Made by a program: the position numbers and the translations under genes. From Mycoplasma mycoides subsp. capri (GTDB lineage Bacteria > Bacillota_I > Bacilli_A > Mycoplasmatales > Mycoplasmataceae): a DNA stretch of 32,000 nucleotides. Positions 21,236 through 32,000 of this stretch are shown piece after piece; position 1 is the first letter of the stretch; the number at the start of each line of letters is the position of its first letter. The notes beneath the pieces are model-generated. The model saw only the letters and a program-made list of their open reading frames with translations, had not been told where the DNA came from and searched no databases. Location: NCBI RefSeq assembly GCF_018389705.1, contig NZ_CP065581.1, positions 810,001-842,000 on the forward strand, written 5' to 3'.

Positions 21236-23653
21236 TTAGTTTTTAAATGCTTTCATTTTTCTAAATCCATTAGCTGAAGTACCAACAACAATAAATGATG
21301 AAACAATAATAAATGAAGCAGCAATACCATAAGTATATCTATCAGGGTGAGTAGATAATTTGAACACAAATGAAATTAAAATATCTGTAATTCCTGGTTG
21401 ACCTGGATAAGGTTCACCTTTTGCATTTAAAGCTTGTGGGTTAGCACCAAATAGATAAATAATTCCAAAGTTACCAAAGTTAAAGACAAATTGTCCAACT
21501 AATAAAGGAGCTACTTGAGTAAGAATTAATGGTAAAGTAATTCTTGTTAATTGTTTTCATTTTGAAGCTCCATCAATTGTTGATGAGTCATATAAATCTT
21601 TAGATATACCTTGTAAAACTCCAGTAATTAATAAGAACATGTAAGAATGTCCTAATCAAGTTTGAAGTAGAATTAAAACAATACGGGCTTGTGTTTGTTG
21701 AGAAGTTCAACCACTTACTCCAATCCATTTATAAGTAAAATTATTAAATTCAATACTTGATAGTAAAATTGCAAATACCATTATCATAATAAATGCGGGA
21801 ACAGCTCAAGGTAAAATGTAAATTAATCTAAAAATACGTTTTCCTTTCAATCTTTCATTATTTACTAATAAAGCAAATAATGAACCAACAACAATAACTG
21901 ATATAGTAGTAGCAATAACTCAAGTAAATGTTCAACCTATAACATATAAAAATGATGGGAAGTATTCTCCTCCAAAAATAGATTTAAAGTTATCAAAACC
22001 AACTCATTTAATAATTTGTCCTGGTCTTCCTGGGTCGTTTCCTTTTCCATAGTTAGTAAAGGCAATTAAAATAGTTGAAATGATTGGAACTAGTACTATA
22101 AACATAATTCCTATAATCGCTGGAATTGATAAAATGTAAGGAATTCCATGTGATTTTAAGAATTTTCTAGTTTGACTAAAAGTACTTGCACGTGAACCTA
22201 TTCGCATTCTTTTTGCATTATTTTTTGAATCCATTCACGTTGAAAAGATACTAATACAAATCCAAAAGGCAATTATTAATGAAATTATTCCTTCAATTAA
22301 ATAAAAACGTCCATCACCATCGGGATTATCTGCTCCAAAATCAATTAGTCCTAATAACCCATTACCCCCAACATTACCAATACCAAAAGCATATGCTCCA
22401 AATATAACAAATAGTGGTAATGTTAAAAACATCACTATTGCTTTTTTATATTGACCATTAATTAGTGGACCTACTCCTGGAATTCAACCAAATATAATAC
22501 TTAATACTTGTTTTCAAACAGGATATTCAATTGGTAAGTTGTTTTTAATATTTTCTATTTCTGAAGTGTATTCTAATCTATTTTTATTTTTTTCAACTTT
22601 GTAATTATGTTTTAAGTTTTTTCAATTATCTTTAGCTTTTTTAACAGCATTATCTGATTTAATTTCTTTAATATTTTGTTTGTGTTCTAATTTAAGGTTT
22701 TTCTTTTCACTTTTTGTTGTAGCAAATTCTAATTGAGTTTTAAAATCTTCATTAGCTTGTATAATAACTTTTTTAGTTAATTCATCATGTTGTTTTTTAT
22801 TTTTTGAAATTTCAACATAATCTTGTTTAGCTTTGTTAATTTTATCTATAAAATCAGAATCTATTTGTTGTTTTTTAATTAAGAATTTTTCTTTAGCTTT
22901 AGCATTTAAACTAGCAACTTCTCAATCATAATTATATTCAATTCCTTGTTGATAGATTTCACTAGTTCTTTTAGCTTTTGTAATTGGATCTAAGTTTTTA
23001 ATTTCATTTAATTCTTGTTTAATTTTTTGACTAACAGCATTTTTTTCTTCTATAAAAGTAGCTGCGTTTTTATTGTGTGATTTGATATGAAATGTATAAT
23101 CGTTAGTACTAAATAATAAACGTAATTCTTGTACTTTTCTTTTTGCAATCTTATAAGTAATAGAAATAAATTTCTTTTTGTATTTATAAGTAAAATCATT
23201 TAAAAACTTTAGATAAGCTACATAATAACTATTAGCTTTTGTTTTTAAGTTTTTAATTTCTTGATTTCTTGCATCATAAATAATTTGGCTTAATTGTAAA
23301 CGTGCTTTGATTTTAAACATATCTTGAATATAGTCTTCATCTTTATTAACAAAACTTTGTTCAATAGATTTAATATCAAAAACAAATTTATTATCAGCTG
23401 TTTTATTTAAATACATTGCAAAATTTTCTTTTAATTTAGCATACATATTGTTATGTATATTGTTTTTAGCAAATTCTAAAAAAATTTTTGCAAGTTCTTT
23501 ATTTGAAAAAGTATAAGAACTATTAGCTGTATTTTTTTGTGTTTGATCTAATTCTTCAAATTCTTTTTCAAAATCAGAGTATTTAACTTTTTTTAATTCA
23601 TTAAAAACTTCTTCTTTAGTTTTTAAGCTTTTATAAAACTCTATATGATTCAT
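21236..23653 (-). CDS. malF: MalF-type ABC transporter permease with a ~380-aa charged N-terminal extension (805 aa total)
   Basis: One open frame (TGA=Trp) from MNHIEFYKSLKTKEEVFNELKKVKYSDFEKEF... through fragments 22922..23653, 22235..22435 and 22004..22234; core VLSIIFGWIPGVGPLINGQYKKAIVMFFLTLPLFV...LYDSSTIDGASKWKQLTRITLPLI...TSANGFRKMKAFKN*. Confidence 0.92.
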
Positions 23654-23667
23654 ATTAACCTCACTTT

Positions 23668-24159
23668 CTAAAATCTATATTCTCTTTTTTTCATTTTTTG
23701 GTAACGCAAACTTCTTTTTAGCTCAGAAATATCTTTTATTATGAAATAAAAACTTATAATCACTAGTACAAATAAAACAATACTGATTATGCTTGGATAA
23801 GTTATTTTTTTAGTTAATATTAGTTCTCCAAAAGCAAAACCAAATCAAATAACAAGCCATAGACCAATATAAACATAACCAACTGTTATTCTATTCATAG
23901 CTAGTGTTGTATAAATTGCAAAAATAATTACAAGTACAACATTTAAAAGATATCTAATCATTCAAGTCTTTAAAAAATATGCATGTGGATTTTTTAAAGC
24001 TTCTTTAGATAAATTTTGCTGCTTTACAACAATTAATCTATAATCAATCAACATTGCAGTACTTAGCATTACTACAAATACTAAACAAATAGCTAAAATA
24101 AAATAAACGTTGTATTTTTTAATGTTTGTTTTGTGTCCAAAAGCTTGTTGAAAGTCCAT
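23668..24159 (-). CDS. Small (163 aa) integral membrane protein with ~4 TM segments encoded inside the mal transporter locus
   Basis: MDFQQAFGHKTNIKKYNVYFILAICLVFVVMLSTAMLIDYRLIVVKQQNLSKEALKNPHAYFLKTWMIRYLLNVVLVIIFAIYTTLAMNRITVGYVYIGLWLVIWFGFAFGELILTKK...; stop TAG at 23668-23670. Confidence 0.85.
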
Positions 24160-24240
24160 TTGTACCTCTTGTTTTAAAAACTACCAATTTTAAAATTGGT
24201 AGTGTTATTAATTAATTAAATTATATTAAACTAATTTTTA

Positions 24241-26037
24241 TTAGTGGAATATATATTTTGCTTTTTCAGATTTGTAAGTATTTCTAAAGATTTCAGAGAA
24301 TTTTTGTTTCATTCCTTCATTTTGTTTTTTATTAAATGTTGAACCAAACGCAGTTCCATAAACTCCTCAATAAATACCAAACATTTCATTATCAGCTCTT
24401 GGTGCTACATCAGCATCTTTTCCAGTTTTTTCATAACCTTTAACGATGCTTTCATAAGCTTCACCAATTATTTTTCTGTTTTCTTTTTCAGCATTGATTT
24501 CTTCAGTAGTTTTCTTTTTACCTTTATCGTTTAATTCTGGAATGTTAGTTCCATTTTTTAATTCCTTAACTAGATTATCAGCAACATCTTTATAAGCACT
24601 AATTTTTCCATCAACAAAGGCCATTTCAGTAGCATATTCTTTTTTAGAAATTTCTTTTATAAATTCAAGAGCTGCTGAAGTTTTATCCATTTCTTCACCT
24701 TTATTATTTTTTAATTTTAGATTTGAAATAGATGATTTAATACCTCAACCATATCCACCAGCAAATCCAGTTAATTTACTATCACCATTAAAAGTAATAT
24801 CTCCAATTGAAGCAAATCCAAATTTACTCTTATCTTTTGCAGCTTTTTTCATTGTTTCAAGTTTTGAACTTACTTCTCAAGGACCAACTAAAGTCATTGC
24901 TGTTGTTCCATCTCTTAAAGCATCATCTAAAATTTGACCAATTTGACCAGCTGCTCCACCATAAATTTCATTAATATGTCCACCTAATGATTGAACATAC
25001 TTAACAATTGTTTCAGTAGTCTTGTCAAAATCTTCTTTAAATTTGTCATTTTCTCAAATTGAATCAAAGTCTTCTTTGTTGGTTGTGTTTATTGGCTTAC
25101 CTTTTTTAACTCAAACCATTCCTAATGAAGATTTTTCGTCTTTTTCAGCTGAAATTTCTGATGATTTTCTATTTAAAATAGAGTTTAGGAACATACCCCC
25201 ATGGAATGAACCACCAGCATCCATATAAGCTAAAGGAGCACCTTTATTAACATCTTCTTTTTTAGCAAGATCTTTTTCATCTGCAAATTTATATTTATTG
25301 GTTTGTGCTTGATTTAATTTAATTAAATTTTCAATAGTTGCTTTTGGCTTATCTTTAAGCTTTCCATTGGCTGGATTTTTATCATCATATTTTTCTAAAG
25401 TTCCATTTTTATTTAATTTTTCTACTTCAGAACCTACTAAATATGAATATTCTTTATCTCCAACTTTTTCTTTTTCAATTCCTATTCTTTCTTTATTAAA
25501 GATTCAAACCATGTTTTCAATTGACATAGGAATCATTCCAAATTGACGTTTACCCTTGATATCAGCACCTATAGCTGTTTTTCAAGAGTTTTCATTTTTA
25601 GTTATTTTAATTCCATCAATTCCTGTTTTATCCTCAACAGCTTGTAATCCAAAGCGTTCACTAGCTTCTTTATCACTAGCTATGCTCTTTTTAATATGTT
25701 CTGTTAAGTCTTTTAAAGTATTTTGATTTAAATATTGAGGGAAACGATCTAAAGGAACAGCAAAAACATCTGAAACTCCTTTATCTCTAACTCCTCTTAA
25801 ATCAATTAATCCTTTTTCTGCAAAAATATCGATTTGTTTTAATTTAATTCTTCACTTATATCCTTGTTCTTCGAATTTTTTATTAACCTTATCAGCTGCC
25901 ATTTGATAAATTGGCATTCATTTATCATTTGCTTGAACAACTACATTTGTATTATCACGTGTTTTACATGCTAACACAGTTAAAGCAGACCCACCAACAA
26001 CAACTATGCTAGCTAGCATTGTTAATATTTTTTTCAT
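24241..26037 (-). CDS. malE: Maltodextrin ABC transporter substrate-binding lipoprotein, paralog 1 (~598 aa)
   Basis: MKKILTMLASIVVVGGSALTVLACKT lipobox (VLAC); ...GIIPMSIENMVWIFNKERIG-like ligand-binding fold; ALRDGTTAMTLVGPWEVSSKLETM; FGFASIGDITF; ORF fragment 24367..24690 in frame. Confidence 0.88.
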
Positions 26038-26177
26038 AATTTATCATCTCTTTTAATAAGTTAATTTATCTCTATTGCAATATAATGCATAAAATATCTT
26101 GATTTTGCATTATTCATTTTTATTTTAATATTTATGAGAAATTCATTCTTAAACACTTGTTAAACAAAACCCATATC

Positions 26178-26189
26178 TTGTCTATACAA
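26178..26189. promoter_or_regulatory. Operator-like palindrome TTGT-CTAT-ACAA upstream of binding-protein gene 1
   Basis: TTGTCTATACAA with identical flanks (atcTTGTCTATACAAtaatt) to the copy at 28270; resembles TreR/GntR-type TTGTATATACAA operators. Confidence 0.65.
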
Positions 26190-26271
26190 TAATTGATTTG
26201 GCCAAGTAAATAAGGGACTTTTTGAAATTTTCTTAGATAAAAAACAATGGATTTTAAAAGAAAAAAGAAAT

Positions 26272-26306
26272 AAAAAAATTCAAGTTTTTTTACTTGAATT
26301 TTTGCA
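26272..26306 (-). terminator. Hairpin terminator after binding-protein gene 2
   Basis: AAAAAATTCAAGT-TTTTTT-ACTTGAATTTTT just beyond the - strand stop at 26332. Confidence 0.78.
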
Positions 26307-26331
26307 TAAATTTTGTTTTTAATTCTTTTTA

Positions 26332-28134
26332 TTAATGGAACTTATATTGTGATTTTTGTTTTTTATAGGTTGTTCTGAAAATATCAGCAAATTTGTCTTT
26401 CATATGTGGGTTTTGTTTTTTATTAAATGTTGAACCAAAAGCAGTTGTATAAGCTTCTCAATAAATACCAAATAACTCATTATCAGCTCTAGGTGCTACA
26501 TCAGCATCTTTTCCAGTTTTTTCATAACCATCAATAATACTTTGATAAGCTTCACCAATTATTTTTCTATTTTCTTTTTCAGCTTTAAGATCATCTTCTG
26601 TTTTTTTCTTACCTTTTTCATTAAGTGGTGGTATGTTGTTTCCTTGTTTTAATTCTTTAACTAAAAAATCAGCAATATCACTATATGCACTAATTTTTCC
26701 ATCGACAAAGGCCATTTCAGTAGCATATTCTTTTTTAGAAATTTCTTTTATAAACTCAATAGCTGCTGAAGTTTTATCCATTTCTTCACCTTTATTATTT
26801 TTTAGTTTTGTATTTGAAATAGATGATTTAATACCTCAACCATATCCACCAGCAAACCCAGTTAATTTATTTTTACCTTTATTAAAACTAATATCTCCAA
26901 TTGATGCAAACCCAAATTTATGTCCTTTATTTTTTGGTGCTTTTCTCATAGTTTCAAGTTTTGAACTAACTTCTCAAGGACCAACTAAAGTCATTGCTGT
27001 TGTTCCATCTCTTAAAGCATCATCTAAAATTTGACTAATTTGACCAGCAGCTCCCCCATAAATTTCAGTAATGTGTCCACCTAATGACTTAACATAATCA
27101 ACAATAGTTTGTGTTGTTTGATTAAAATCATCCTTAAACATATCATTTTCTCAAATTGAATCAAAATCATTAATGTTTGTTGAGTTTAAAGATTTATTTT
27201 TATTAACTCAGACCATTCCTAAAGATGAATTATCAGCTTTTAATTTACTAATATCATCAGCTCTTTTATTTAAAATAGAATTTAAAAACATTCCACCTTG
27301 AAATGAAGCACCAGCATCAACAAATGCTAAAGGAGCACCTTTATTAACGTTTTCTTTATCTTCAATTTCATTTAGATTTTCAAATTTATAATTATTAGTT
27401 TGAGCTTTATTTAAAATAATTAGATTTTCAATGCTTGCTTTTGGTTTTCCTGATAGTTTTTTACCAGAAGGTTCATTATCCATATATTTTTCTAGCTTAT
27501 CTTTAACTTTTTCAAGTTCTGAACCAACTAAATATGCATATAACTTATTATCATCACCTTTTTCTTTTTTAATTCCTAATCTATTTTCATCAAATAATCA
27601 AATCATATTTTCAATAGACATAGGAATCATTCCATATAAACGATTACCTTTTAAATCACTACCTAAAACTGTTTTTCAAGTATTAACATTTTTTTCTAAT
27701 TTAATAGCATCAACTCCAGATTTACTATTATCAATTTTTATTCCAAAACGATCTTCATCTTCTTTAGTTTTTATTAAATCTTTTTTAATATATTCAGTTA
27801 AGTCTTTTAAAGTATTTTGATTTATATATTGAGGATAACGATCTAGTGGAATTGCAAAAATATCTGAAATTCCTTTATCTCTAACTCCTCTTCCATCAAT
27901 TAATTTCTTTTCATCAAATAAACCAATTTCTTTTAATTTAACTCTTCACTTATATCCTTGTTCTTCAAATCTTTTATTTACCTTATTAGCAGCTTGTTGA
28001 TAAATTGGAACTCATTTATCATTTGCTTGAACAACTATATCAGTGTTGTTAGTTGTTTTACATGCTAACACTGTTAAAGCAGATCCACCAACAACTACTA
28101 AACTAGTTAACATTGTTAATATTTTTTTCATAAT
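26332..28134 (-). CDS. malE: Maltodextrin ABC transporter substrate-binding lipoprotein, paralog 2 (~600 aa)
   Basis: MKKILTMLTSLVVVGGSALTVLACKTTNNTDIVVQANDKWVPIYQQAANKVNKRF...; highly similar along its length to the 24241-26037 product; fragments 26458..26781 and 27208..27483 in frame. Confidence 0.88.
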
Positions 28135-28269
28135 TTATCATCTCTTTTAAATTTTTTATTTATCTCATTTTTATATAATGCATATGATTTTTCATATAGT
28201 CACTATTCATTTTTATTTTATTATTTATGCTAATTTCTTTGTAAAAGCATATCTAACAAACTTGCTATC

Positions 28270-28281
28270 TTGTCTATACAA
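28270..28281. promoter_or_regulatory. Operator-like palindrome TTGT-CTAT-ACAA in the divergent mal regulatory region
   Basis: TTGTCTATACAA, identical to 26178-26189 including flanks. Confidence 0.65.
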
Positions 28282-28336
28282 TAATTAGCATTAATTGATA
28301 AATAAACCTATACAATATATAAAAAAGAATTAATAT

Positions 28337-28368
28337 TAATTAGGTATATTAGTAATTAGGTATATTAG
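28337..28368 (+). repeat. Perfect 16-bp tandem direct repeat (TAATTAGGTATATTAG x2) just upstream of neopullulanase gene 1
   Basis: TAATTAGGTATATTAG at 28337-28352 and 28353-28368, followed by TTTTTAAAAAGGAGAAATG. Confidence 0.9.
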
Positions 28369-28384
28369 TTTTTAAAAAGGAGAA

Positions 28385-30183
<1,799 letters not shown>

Positions 30184-30184
<1 letters not shown>

Positions 30185-30205
30185 GCATCTTAGATGCTTT
30201 TTTTT
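30184..30205 (+). terminator. Terminator after neopullulanase gene 1
   Basis: AGCATC-TTA-GATGCT followed by TTTTTTT. Confidence 0.8.
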
Positions 30206-30207
30206 AG

Positions 30208-30219
30208 TTGTATGCACAA
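30208..30219. promoter_or_regulatory. Possible divergent copy of the TTGT-N4-ACAA operator upstream of neopullulanase gene 2
   Basis: TTGTATGCACAA; same TTGT/ACAA half-sites and 4-nt centre as the other two sites. Confidence 0.45.
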
Positions 30220-30302
30220 TATTTTTTAATTACTAAATAATAATATTTATTATTATTTAAAACTTAATTTAGAATTTTTATGTAATTAATAAAAGGAGAG
30301 TT

Positions 30303-32000
<1,698 letters not shown>

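Noticed and set aside
26633-27820. + strand ORFs (133 aa and 129 aa), also 25022..25228, antisense to the binding-protein genes
   Set aside because: Mirror-image ORFs of paralogous lipoprotein genes with Ser/Leu/Phe-rich composition typical of antisense frames.

Overview
AT-rich chromosomal segment from a mollicute that reads TGA as Trp (genetic code 4), most likely a Mycoplasma mycoides/capricolum-type organism. The supplied ORF track uses TGA as a stop, so it breaks most genes into fragments; I rejoined them by frame. Left to right: (1) + strand polyamine transporter: potA 3' end, potB, and a fused potC-coiled coil-TM-potD gene. (2) - strand Abi_2/AbiF-like HEPN abortive-infection gene with a -1 frameshift, followed on the same strand by a compact, unusually GC-rich structured RNA candidate made of two similar hairpins and ending in a T-tract. 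(3) - strand pair of chromate-transporter-like genes, the first frameshifted. (4) three copies of a 34-bp palindromic element with 40/39-nt spacing, leading into a + strand AAA+/DUF4143-type ATPase. (5) + strand pepA, a hypothetical gene and pepF. (6) a large - strand malto-oligosaccharide locus (two paralogous ~600-aa lipoprotein binding proteins, a small 4-TM protein, MalF and MalG with giant N-terminal extensions, MalK, GH65 phosphorylase, GH13 glucosidase, GntR regulator), divergent from two + strand paralogous GH13 neopullulanase-like genes, with TTGT-N4-ACAA operator-like palindromes in the upstream regions. The best candidate for an underdescribed system is the AbiF-like gene plus tandem-hairpin RNA (4720-5825). 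The second is the hairpin-array leader plus ATPase (7367-8852).
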